This document shows, in pieces, positions 46,360 to 55,265 of a DNA stretch of 64,000 nucleotides. Below the pieces are notes generated by a model. The model saw only the letters and a program-made list of their open reading frames with translations, was not told the DNA's origin and ran no database searches. Location: positions 10,447-74,446 of the forward strand of contig CP055307.1 in the NCBI GenBank assembly GCA_013374835.1, in the 5' to 3' direction. The DNA comes from Candidatus Woesebacteria bacterium. GTDB taxonomy: Bacteria > Patescibacteriota > Microgenomatia > UBA8517. A program made the position numbers and the translations under genes. Within the stretch, counting starts at the first letter, position 1. Each line of letters opens with the position of its first letter.

Positions 46360-49300
46360 TTATAACAATAAAATAAGGAATGTCAAGGGCAGAAGAAGAA
46401 AACCAATCCATTGAAGGATCTGAGGAAGATAAATTATGTAAATAGCAGTTGGTAGTTGGTAGTCAGAGCTAGGAATTTGCCAAGCATTTGCCCATGAGTT
46501 AAGCTTAAAATGTGGTAGTACTTTTATTTTCCAATTATTTATACTAAAAGCAACCCAGCCGGAGTCGTAACCTTGGGAAAGAGCTACAATCCCCTCATCG
46601 CTAACATCTGCTTTATAAAGAGCTGTGCCGAATTTCTTAGTGTCAGTTACTTCAAGGCGGTTATTTATTATTTTTTGATCATTGTTTACTATTTTTATCT
46701 TAGAAAGCCATTCTAAAGGCACCGAGTAGGTAGCTACTAAATCTACTTCATTGATACTTTTTTCACGCCCAAAGGAGCGAGTCTCGAGATTAAGAGTATA
46801 GTTACCTCTGCTTTCAAAAGGCCAGCTTAAAATCGAGAAATAGTTGTCAAAAGAGTTTGGCGAAAGAAGTACCTCAAGATCATTTTTTTGCGTTGCCGGA
46901 TTATAAAGATATGCTTTAAGGCTTCTTCCCTCTTTGTTTTCCCCTCTGATACGCAAGACAAAGCTCTCTTCCGGTGCCGGATAACCCAATATTAAATAGT
47001 CACACAATGCGGCCCTTTCTTCTGCAATATAAATAACTTTATTGTCATTAACTTTTTTTGATACCCCCCCTCTTTGGAAAAGGTCACAATTTCTTTCTCT
47101 TTGCGGGCCTCCATTTATAAAGTCTATGTCAATTTCTTTAGTAGGAATATTTAAAGTAAGGTTATCAATGTTATCAACTAAAATTTTTGTTCCATTTATT
47201 AATTTATCCCAATTAGAATTGGAAAATACAATATCAGCAGATTTATTCATTAAAGAAATATTCACAGGTCGGTAAAAAATAGTTGTTTCAGCTCCAGTTT
47301 CATCAGGAGGACGAGCCGCAAGAACCAACCAATAATTGGCCGTCTCGGGTACAATCATTTCGCGCTCAACTAATCCCCAATCTTTTGATGTGGGGGTTTT
47401 ATAAAAAATTTCTTCATGAATGCATTCGGACTCGCCTTCTTTTACTACACAGAAATGAGGCTTTGCGCCGCTATCCGACCTGTATGGCAACGCGATTTTC
47501 AAAAGCGAATCTTTTTTGAGATTGCCGATTTTCTGAGATGAGCAAGCAACCATGTCTTTTACCTTTATCTCTAGGACACCATCTGACTTTTCAATATTAA
47601 AGTTCCCTTTTGTATTCTCCCTCTGCCAACAATTTACAAATTCCGAATCAAAAAAAGAAAAATTGAATATTTCGCCAGGTATTTCGTAAATTTTTATCTG
47701 TAGAGCTTTGCTAGGGTCAAAAAGAAAAGGAGTTAATTCTTTTTTATCTCCTTGATTAAGATTAGTAACTTTTCCGTTTATAAACAGTGCAATGGATCCT
47801 GGTTTGTCTCTAAGTGTTATATAAAAAGGTTTGAAAAAATTAATCGGGGCTAGATTTTCAAAAAAAACGGGATCTAACAGATTGATTGTAATAAGATTGT
47901 CTTTCAAAGAAACGCTTCCGTGTGCTCTAAACGGATTTTTTAAGGGTGGAATCAATAACTCTTTTTTATTCTGATTAAGGGTTATTTGTGATGATATGGA
48001 CAAAAAAGTTGATCCATCTATATTTGGCTTTACTTTTATATTGTTTAGCTCTTCTCTAAGAAGATTTCCAAAGGGGTAAACAAATTTTTTTGAAGAGACG
48101 TAGTTACCATACTCCATATAAACAGGATCGTATCTTGCATAATCAAGGTCAATATCCGCAAATATGTATGTTTTGGGTGCGTAAACAAAGCTCTCCTCTG
48201 ATGGGACTTTGTAGATTACCAAAAAGCCCTTTTCCCATACCTTTTGGGCGCCAATATCGCTTAAAAGTTTTTCTGTTTCTTTGAATCTTAGAATATTTGG
48301 GTTTCCCTCCGGAACTATTACGCTTTTGTCAATCAAAGCGTAGGTGACATCGTATTTATCAAACAACTTTTTAAAAGCATCTTTGTCTTCGCGGTAGAGC
48401 GCTGTTGAGATTTCATGATAGTAGCCTTCATTGTATTTGCTCCAAACGTCAAAAGCTCTATCCAAAATAGGCTGTTCAATTCCATACCAGAGAAAGCCGC
48501 TTCCCCTGTATCCCCAATCATAGAAATCCCAACCCCAAAATGTTTGGACAGGAAAACGTGCTATCCTTGCCTCCCGGGGCTGAGACCGGAAATAGTCAAA
48601 TAAAGAAAAGTATTCTTCTGGATACTTAACTTGCATTGAATTCGAGATCAGATTTCCTTTAAAGAGCGGTCTTAATTGCAGTACAGCAAGTACGGATATA
48701 AGTAAACAAAAAATAAATGCAGTGACTAAAGTGTATTTTTTCACTAGTTTACTTATGTAAGCGACAAATAATCCTACTCCTAAAGCAAAGCTTAGAGCGT
48801 ATGCGGTAGACCATTTTGTAAACACGGATCGAAACATTTGGCCAAAAAGAGGCACCGCACGAGACATTGTGTTGTAAACTACACCAAGTACGCCTTCCCC
48901 TGCCGTAAGCATAAGAAAAGATAAAATAAACATTGCAAAAAGTGATAGTTCCCACCTGTTTCTTCGTAAAAAAGCACCAAATAAAAAGCCTACTAAGGAT
49001 ACCGCAAACAAACCAATACCGATAATCTCAAATGTTTCAGTACTTACATATTCGCGCCAAAATGGCATAAGGTAATTAAATTCACCGTTTAGTTCATCGC
49101 TATATTCCAGCCAAAAACCCCTCATAAGCATGATGTTTTCGGGATCTCCAAAACCTTGGTTCATAAGTTTTACTTCGGCTGTTGGAAGAACGCTTGTCTT
49201 TGCGCTTATAAGTACTTCGGATCCGCTAAAAGTAAAATATGCTACAGGGATTGACCAAAATGCTGTGGAAAGAGCTGTAATTATTCCAAGTTTTATTACG

Positions 49301-49971
49301 CTACTAAATAATTTTTGTTGTTTTGAAAAAAAATATTCAACAACAAAAAGAGACAAAAGCATAATAAAAACTACAAAATGTGTTTGTATGTAAAATGCTG
49401 TCGCACCCAATAACAGTGCCGTGGAATAATACAATAAGTATCTTTTCTTCGCCTTTTTTAAATATAAAATCGCCAAATAAATAAAAAATGGTAAACATCC
49501 GTAAAAGGTGATAAATGATTCAAAAGGAACAAAAAATGTTTGCACTGTTGACATGTTTAAAAGATATAGCAATCCACCTGCTAGAGCAGCGAAATTGTTA
49601 CGAGTAACATGCCGTGCCAGTAGGTATCCACCAAGCGGTCCAAGTAGAAGCATTCCAAAAGACCAAACATAGCGCAACGCTTCGCGAGGAACAACAAAGG
49701 AGAGCACGGTAAACAACAATTGCCGCGGCAAGTCCGCCGCGTGCGCCATACCACCCAGAAGCCCAACTCCCTGGTATTCCTGCCACACCGCATTAAGTGA
49801 CCTTGTAATGTTAGAGGAAATATTAAACTCCGGGTGCAGATTATCCCAACCAGACAAAACAGTACCTTCGGCAACCGTGCTGGAAATTATTAAAAACCAA
49901 GCAAAAACTATTACTATCGGCGCGATAAATTCCAGTAGTACAGAACAAGCCTTAAGCATTCTTTTCTCCAA
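46360..49971 (-). CDS. very large polytopic membrane protein (N-terminal ~14 TM helices, GT-C-like, plus ~750-aa extracytoplasmic domain)
   Basis: 1203-aa ORF. The hydrophobic N-terminal third resembles GT-C/YfhO-type glycosyltransferases. It sits immediately upstream of the GT4 and GT2 genes. Confidence 0.5.
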   Translation of the reverse strand: MEKRMLKACSVLLEFIAPIVIVFAWFLIISSTVAEGTVLSGWDNLHPEFNISSNITRSLNAVWQEYQGVGLLGGMAHAADLPRQLLFTVLSFVVPREALRYVWSFGMLLLGPLGGYLLARHVTRNNFAALAGGLLYLLNMSTVQTFFVPFESFITFYGCLPFFIYLAILYLKKAKKRYLLYYSTALLLGATAFYIQTHFVVFIMLLSLFVVEYFFSKQQKLFSSVIKLGIITALSTAFWSIPVAYFTFSGSEVLISAKTSVLPTAEVKLMNQGFGDPENIMLMRGFWLEYSDELNGEFNYLMPFWREYVSTETFEIIGIGLFAVSLVGFLFGAFLRRNRWELSLFAMFILSFLMLTAGEGVLGVVYNTMSRAVPLFGQMFRSVFTKWSTAYALSFALGVGLFVAYISKLVKKYTLVTAFIFCLLISVLAVLQLRPLFKGNLISNSMQVKYPEEYFSLFDYFRSQPREARIARFPVQTFWGWDFYDWGYRGSGFLWYGIEQPILDRAFDVWSKYNEGYYHEISTALYREDKDAFKKLFDKYDVTYALIDKSVIVPEGNPNILRFKETEKLLSDIGAQKVWEKGFLVIYKVPSEESFVYAPKTYIFADIDLDYARYDPVYMEYGNYVSSKKFVYPFGNLLREELNNIKVKPNIDGSTFLSISSQITLNQNKKELLIPPLKNPFRAHGSVSLKDNLITINLLDPVFFENLAPINFFKPFYITLRDKPGSIALFINGKVTNLNQGDKKELTPFLFDPSKALQIKIYEIPGEIFNFSFFDSEFVNCWQRENTKGNFNIEKSDGVLEIKVKDMVACSSQKIGNLKKDSLLKIALPYRSDSGAKPHFCVVKEGESECIHEEIFYKTPTSKDWGLVEREMIVPETANYWLVLAARPPDETGAETTIFYRPVNISLMNKSADIVFSNSNWDKLINGTKILVDNIDNLTLNIPTKEIDIDFINGGPQRERNCDLFQRGGVSKKVNDNKVIYIAEERAALCDYLILGYPAPEESFVLRIRGENKEGRSLKAYLYNPATQKNDLEVLLSPNSFDNYFSILSWPFESRGNYTLNLETRSFGREKSINEVDLVATYSVPLEWLSKIKIVNNDQKIINNRLEVTDTKKFGTALYKADVSDEGIVALSQGYDSGWVAFSINNWKIKVLPHFKLNSWANAWQIPSSDYQLPTAIYIIYLPQILQWIGFLLLPLTFLILLL

Positions 49972-51220
49972 TCAACTGTACATACTTTTCCCCCGCGTGT
50001 TTCCAGGAACGTTTATTTCGAATTATCTCCGAGAAGTTTGATAGCTTACGAATTAATCTTTTGTCATTCAGTCTAGTAATAAGATTTTCAAATCCTTCAT
50101 CGGTTAGCGGAAAAGTCATGTTGTCTGCTGTTAGACCACTCGCCTGCAAGCCTTCCTTCATATCTTCTGTCACAAAATAGCCGCGAAGCTCATCTGATAA
50201 AACCACCGGCTTACCGTAGGAAAATGCCCAAGATAGCGGCCCGCTACTACTGACAAATACCCGATATGGCATAACAAGTACATCGCCAGCTGCGAAGTAA
50301 AGCGAAAAATCACTCTCCGGAACAAAACCCGTAATTATAATTTTGTCACTATGTTTGCTGGCTTTGGTATGAATTCCATCAATCATTTTCTGGTATTGAC
50401 TGTCTTCCTTAAACCGCGGGTTCTCTCCCCCAGCAATTAGAAGTCTGATTTTTTGATCGGGATTTTTCTCCAAGTACCTGCTTACTGTATCCACAAGCCA
50501 ATCTGCCCCTTTGTACCAAATAAGAAAACCGAAATACATAAGCACCAGTTCATCTTCTTTAAACCCAAGCTTTTCTCGAGCTTTTTGGCGAGGCATAATA
50601 TCTTTTACCACATCCACTCCATGGGGAATTGTGACAAGCTTATCCTTTTTTCCAGTAAGCGCAATAAGCTCCTGTCGCAGTCCCTCCTCGAATAATACTA
50701 TGTAATTACTTGCAAACACGGTTAACCAGTAGTAACTCTTTAGTGTCAGTGACAGTAGTTTTGTTTTTGTACTCCCCTTCTTTGCCCCCACTTGGCCTGC
50801 TACGCTGTCCGCATCAAGAAGTACTGCATGAGATATGAAAAACACCCGCTTACCCATGAGTCGCATTGCGACAATCATCACAGGCACGAATGTCAAGTGC
50901 CAGCGCTTGTCACTAAACATTGACCACTCAAAAGCAAAAATGATATTTTTTGCCTCTTTGTGAGAAAAGACCGATCTTAATATTTTCCAATAAAGATTTA
51001 GTTTTCCTCGTTTCCAGATTCTTTCTACTTTGATGCCTTCTTCGTAATAAGACTCTTTTTGATCTTTGATTTCGGCTAGGACTATGATTTTGTTTTTTAG
51101 GTGCTTTAAAAGCTCAAGCAGAGTATTTTTGGTATAAGAGGCCGCTCCAGTCATTTTGTGACCGTAGAGGGTCCCTTTGGGGGGGTAAGCTGAAATTACC
51201 AGTAAGGCTTTCTTTCCCAT
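49952..51220 (-). CDS. glycosyltransferase family 4 (GT-B fold)
   Basis: Two-Rossmann layout with the C-terminal 'GGENPRF…ITGFVPESD…AGDVLVMPY' pattern typical of Glycos_transf_1. Confidence 0.6.
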   Translation of the reverse strand: MGKKALLVISAYPPKGTLYGHKMTGAASYTKNTLLELLKHLKNKIIVLAEIKDQKESYYEEGIKVERIWKRGKLNLYWKILRSVFSHKEAKNIIFAFEWSMFSDKRWHLTFVPVMIVAMRLMGKRVFFISHAVLLDADSVAGQVGAKKGSTKTKLLSLTLKSYYWLTVFASNYIVLFEEGLRQELIALTGKKDKLVTIPHGVDVVKDIMPRQKAREKLGFKEDELVLMYFGFLIWYKGADWLVDTVSRYLEKNPDQKIRLLIAGGENPRFKEDSQYQKMIDGIHTKASKHSDKIIITGFVPESDFSLYFAAGDVLVMPYRVFVSSSGPLSWAFSYGKPVVLSDELRGYFVTEDMKEGLQASGLTADNMTFPLTDEGFENLITRLNDKRLIRKLSNFSEIIRNKRSWKHAGEKYVQLIGEKNA

Positions 51221-51240
51221 ATTTCCAGTCTAGCTTTTTT

Positions 51241-52050
51241 TTATGATTTGGCATAGAGATATACTTTCTCTATAAGAAGTGATGGACTGAAGCGTGGCTT
51301 TGGTAAACAGTATATGCCTTTAAGATCATTTATTTTAATAACAAGTAACTCATATAACCCTCTAGCTACATCTCTTAGCACTCCCACCTTGCTTGAATCA
51401 ACATGCTTCCAAACAATCGGCAGCTCGATAATACTGTATCCGAGTTTATTGGCAATATAAAGAACCTCTGGGTCAAAACTCCAGCGCTCTTGGGTGATAC
51501 GCGGGAAAACAGTTTTGGACACACGGCGGGAATAGACCTTAAAGCCACCTGTTACATCGGCAAGCGGCAAACCCAGTAGCTGGCGAACTAAAAAACTATA
51601 GCCCCAGCCAAAGAGTTTTCTTAGGAGACTTCGTTTTACAAGTGAAACCGAGCCGACAAGCCGCTTACTGCCAACGAGTACATCGACACCATTTTCCATA
51701 TGCGGAATGAATGCTTTGAGATTTGAAAATGAGATAGACATATCTGCGTCAATGATAAGGGCGTAGTCGCTCTCCACATGCCTCATCCCACGCTTTAAGG
51801 CATAACCTTTACCGCGGTTTTTGGTATAGCTTATGATTTCTATCTCTGCCCCACTTGGAAGTTTCATCTGTTTTTCTTGCTTATATTTATTAAGCATTGC
51901 AAGGGTATTGTCGTAACTTCCGTCATTTACAAAAATAATCTTCTCCACGCGAACACCGCGCGGGTTTTTAAGTTTATTAACCGCGTTAAATGCAAGATGA
52001 ATTCGCTTCTCTTCGTTGTAAACTGGTATAACTACAGTTAAGGTTTTCAT
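51241..52050 (-). CDS. glycosyltransferase family 2 (Dpm1/GtrB-like polyprenyl-phosphate glycosyltransferase)
   Basis: 'VVIPVYNEEKRI', 'NDGSYDNT' and 'IIDADMS' (DxD) motifs are present. A 10-bp perfect hairpin (GGGTTTGTTT…AAACAAACCC) sequesters the AAGGTGG SD directly in front of the ATG. Confidence 0.7.
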   Translation of the reverse strand: MKTLTVVIPVYNEEKRIHLAFNAVNKLKNPRGVRVEKIIFVNDGSYDNTLAMLNKYKQEKQMKLPSGAEIEIISYTKNRGKGYALKRGMRHVESDYALIIDADMSISFSNLKAFIPHMENGVDVLVGSKRLVGSVSLVKRSLLRKLFGWGYSFLVRQLLGLPLADVTGGFKVYSRRVSKTVFPRITQERWSFDPEVLYIANKLGYSIIELPIVWKHVDSSKVGVLRDVARGLYELLVIKINDLKGIYCLPKPRFSPSLLIEKVYLYAKS

Positions 52051-52212
52051 ATGGGTTTGTTTCTTACCACCTTAATTAAGATGATTAAAAACAAACCCAC
52101 AACCCCAACGAACACTTCTCTAAACACATCCCACACTTTTTTGCATCAGCAAACTGATGCCAAGTATGAGGCGGCCAGAGAAGGTCGTCGAGGTTGTGGT
52201 TAATAGGCAAAC

Positions 52213-53478
52213 TTAACTACACGGACGAAGCGTTGCCGCTTCGACCAACCCGGTGAAACCAGGAGGGATCCCAACTTTAGGGTCCTCCTGACCAGGACGC
52301 GGTTCGCCAGCTTCAGCGCGATAACCGTCTTGCCAACATCCAGAGCTGTTGGTGAGACTCGTCGGCACACTCGCGACTACCCAGCAGTTTGTCTCGCCAG
52401 CGCACTGCGTGAGTGTGACTCCGACTGGGAGGGCGAACAATGTTCGCACCGTCGACTCGGACCAGTCGGCAGGCGCCGGCTGAACGGACTGTGCTGCAGG
52501 TACAGGTTGTGCGGCGGTGGTGGCCGTGGTGATGGGTGTCACTTGGACAACCCATCCTGTTACCCAAGCGCGAGTCCCGTCGGAGTCAGAAACTCGATAC
52601 CACTGCTCTTGGTCGACCAAGACATAGCCGTCCGACGAGACAATCTGACCTGGTACCAGCGTACCCACCTGGTCGAAACTCTCGCCAGGACCTGAACGCA
52701 GATTTACGTTCCCGTTCCCGCTTGGGGTAACAGAAAACAACTGCGGCTCGTCGCATGGGCGTAGTGTCGCCATTTCGGCAGCGACCTGATACGAGTGCGG
52801 CGGGATCGAAATCCGCGGGCCATCGGGATGATTCGAGAAGTCCGGTCGGACTTCACCGGGGTTGACACGGAACCCGTCCACCCAATTTGAGCAGACGTTT
52901 GTGACCAGCCAGCTCTGTCCCTCGATAAACGGGACTTCCCAGCTCTGGAGTCCGTGACGCTGAAGTGGCACAACAGGCCCCTCCAACTGATAAAAAGCTA
53001 CGGCCTCTTCCACCGACCATTGGACTTCGGATTCGCCGCGTTCCTCGAGCGAACTCTGCTGCTCAGGAGCCAGCGGTCGAGCGACCAAGACTTCGACGAA
53101 GCATTCCTGCGTCGTCACGAAATTAGGCGGTATTGAAATCCGGTCAGCTCTTTGCATCGCTGCATAAGATGGCCGCACTTCGCCCGCACACTTACGATAC
53201 CCATCCACCCACAGGGTGAACGGGTTGACCATCTGGATGCTGCCGGCGAACTTCCAGCAATTCGGTTCAACGACGCCCTCGTAAAGGCACTCCACCACGG
53301 CGTACGTGCCGGAAATGCTGTAAAGAGCGACCGCTTCTTCGATCGTCCATGAGGCTGTAGGGGTGGGGGTTGGTGTCTCCCCACCTTGTGCGTTCACTGA
53401 AGGCGTTACCGCCGACAGCGCCAGGGTTGCAACCAAAAAGGCCACAACCAAAGTCCCAAAAACTACGTTTTTGCGCAT
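52213..53478 (-). CDS. secreted protein with a bacterial SH3 (SH3b) domain and three repeats of a novel Cys-containing ~45-aa module; encoded in a ~60% GC island
   Basis: Strong SD (AAAGGAGGT-6nt-ATG) and a signal peptide. SH3b-like 'GNVNLRSGPGESFDQVGTLVPGQIV…WYRV'. The three repeats read 'W.DG(Y/F)R…GE(V/P)RP…I(S)IPP…ATLRPC'. Codon usage is clearly different from the neighbours. Confidence 0.65.
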   Translation of the reverse strand: MRKNVVFGTLVVAFLVATLALSAVTPSVNAQGGETPTPTPTASWTIEEAVALYSISGTYAVVECLYEGVVEPNCWKFAGSIQMVNPFTLWVDGYRKCAGEVRPSYAAMQRADRISIPPNFVTTQECFVEVLVARPLAPEQQSSLEERGESEVQWSVEEAVAFYQLEGPVVPLQRHGLQSWEVPFIEGQSWLVTNVCSNWVDGFRVNPGEVRPDFSNHPDGPRISIPPHSYQVAAEMATLRPCDEPQLFSVTPSGNGNVNLRSGPGESFDQVGTLVPGQIVSSDGYVLVDQEQWYRVSDSDGTRAWVTGWVVQVTPITTATTAAQPVPAAQSVQPAPADWSESTVRTLFALPVGVTLTQCAGETNCWVVASVPTSLTNSSGCWQDGYRAEAGEPRPGQEDPKVGIPPGFTGLVEAATLRPCS

Positions 53479-53738
53479 CGCTACCTCCTTTTGAGGCGCT
53501 GGTGACCCGAATGGGTCGTTTAAAAACCAGCTCCTCTGAACTAGCGCACGGAAGGAAGAACTTTTTGTTCCGCCCTCTGTGCGCTAGTTAAGGAGTAAAG
53601 TTGCCTATTTTTTTAAAGTGCATTTTTAAGTCAAGATTTGCCCTGCTAAACGGGCGGCTTAACTTAAAAAATTGTTATCATTATAGGCAGGGGGTTGGCT
53701 TTGGAAGAGGCAAAGACAACGCTCTACCTACAAACTCA

Positions 53739-54047
53739 TTAACTTTCAAGAAGTTCATCTATAAAGCGACTCTTTTTCTTATTTGAAACAAAACTGAAGG
53801 CAGCCGCCGCCATGACTGCGGCAACACCCGCTACTCTTAAATCTTCTTTAAGGCCTGCTTTGACTGTGATGTGTTCCTCTGGAGTTGTCACACCACAAAC
53901 TACACCCTGACCATAAGATGTGGTGCATGTAGCTTCTGCGGCTTTTATAGTGCCGACAGGAGTTAAAACTGCTAATGCCAGTACCAAAGAAATGATAAAC
54001 TTTTTCATATTACGAGGAATGATATCAGAAGAATATTGTTTTGTCAA
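53739..54047 (-). CDS. small secreted protein with C-terminal hydrophobic segment and a basic tail (sorting-signal-like, but no LPXTG)
   Basis: Signal peptide 'MKKFIISLVLALAVLTPVGTIKA'. The C-terminus reads '…VKAGLKEDLRVAGVAAVMAAAAFSFVSNKKKSRF'. Lies immediately downstream of the second sortase gene. Confidence 0.45.
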   Translation of the reverse strand: MTKQYSSDIIPRNMKKFIISLVLALAVLTPVGTIKAAEATCTTSYGQGVVCGVTTPEEHITVKAGLKEDLRVAGVAAVMAAAAFSFVSNKKKSRFIDELLES

Positions 54048-54102
54048 GACTACAGGATATTATTAAAGTCCAAACCGGTTGATAAAGCAATATTTTAAAA
54101 TT

Positions 54103-54813
54103 TTAGATTTTTAGGAGGCGTGCGTAAACGAAAATTCTTGTGTCGCTTGTGAGATCCTGACAGGTGTAAAGTATTAAATCTGCCGAATAATCGGAAATTT
54201 TATCACCTTTAGCTAATTCATAAACTTCGTAAATATATTTTCTTTGCTGCCAGATGATTTCGACTGTATCCCCCTTTTCAAGCTTTGGAAGATTATAAAA
54301 GGAATGTTTTCTTCTAAAGATATTGCTCCATTTTAAATATCCAAAGCGGTGTGCGGCAAGAATTATAGGTTTAGAGTTATTATCCGGTGTTGCAAAATCC
54401 GGGACTCTCCAGACGCCTTTTTTGAGAGCTTCTTCGTAATTATCGTATGCTGCTTCGTGAATTTGCGTCTCAACTCCTATTTTTTCAATAACCAAGTGCG
54501 CGCCGAGCGAAAGGGATTTATCAAAAGGCGGCTTATAGGGAGTATTATCCTCTTCAGCGCTTGAATTAACTGCTTTTGCTTCCTCGGCCGTATCTAAAAG
54601 ATAGTTTGAGATTATTTTACCTCCTTGGGAACGGAGGCTATACCAAGCCGAAGGCGCGTATGAGGCTATAAAAAGAAAAATACCCAAACCAACTAAAAAA
54701 GCTGCCAGCCTTGTAAAGATATTTGGAGGGATGTCCGAGCTTTTCCTTTTCGGGACTTTGTGTGGCTTTCGAAAGTCTTTATTTAAATATTTCTCAATAT
54801 GCTTTGATTCCAT
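54103..54813 (-). CDS. sortase family transpeptidase (second copy)
   Basis: N-terminal TM anchor, His 'ILAAHRFGY', catalytic 'LILYTCQD' (TLxTC) and a downstream Arg 'VYARL'. Confidence 0.65.
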   Translation of the reverse strand: MESKHIEKYLNKDFRKPHKVPKRKSSDIPPNIFTRLAAFLVGLGIFLFIASYAPSAWYSLRSQGGKIISNYLLDTAEEAKAVNSSAEEDNTPYKPPFDKSLSLGAHLVIEKIGVETQIHEAAYDNYEEALKKGVWRVPDFATPDNNSKPIILAAHRFGYLKWSNIFRRKHSFYNLPKLEKGDTVEIIWQQRKYIYEVYELAKGDKISDYSADLILYTCQDLTSDTRIFVYARLLKI

Positions 54814-54827
54814 TAGTTTATTTTAGA

Positions 54828-54896
54828 CCAAAAAAAATCAACCTCAAAGAGAGTGGGTAGTACGCCTGCCCTACATACCACCCACCCTATTTGAGG
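54828..54896 (-). terminator. rho-independent-terminator-like hairpin plus U-tract on the minus strand
   Basis: Minus strand: ACCTCAAATAGGGTGGGT-[18 nt]-ACCCACTCTCTTTGAGGT, followed by 'TGATTTTTTTTGG'. The element ends only ~15 nt upstream of the sortase start codon. Confidence 0.35.
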
Positions 54897-55265
54897 TTGA
54901 TCCGCTTAAACACCACTTGACTTTTTGGTGCAAATCGAGTTAGTCTTATAATGATTTATCCAGTAAAAAGAGCCTGCTCTAGCTGGATAAATTATTAAAA
55001 GAGCGTTACCTAAAGGATTGTGTACTTTGCTTTTTGTGACTTGTTTCTCTTGTGTAGAGATATGTCAACGATAAGCGAAGTTTACAAACAAACAGGTACG
55101 CTCTTTTTTGTGTGACTTAAGGTGCTAATTACTATTAAAGCAAATATATCACTTCTTGATCGAGGATGTCAAATCCTATAATTAATATTACATAATTTTT
55201 ACATATTCCTATAGTAAAAAACATAATAAAAATTGCCTTATTTTCGGTTTAAAATTAAAAACAGC

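Noticed and set aside
52143-52160. The hairpin GCATCAG-CAAA-CTGATGC preceded by T6, read as a terminator for the GC-island gene
   Set aside because: On the minus (transcribed) strand the hairpin is followed by an A-run, not a U-run. On the plus strand the T-run precedes the hairpin. Neither orientation gives a canonical intrinsic terminator.
52190-53600. The GC-rich segment as a stray rRNA/tRNA or non-coding high-GC element
   Set aside because: It contains a single long ORF with a signal peptide, an SH3b domain, internal protein repeats and a consensus SD. No rRNA-like conserved blocks are present.
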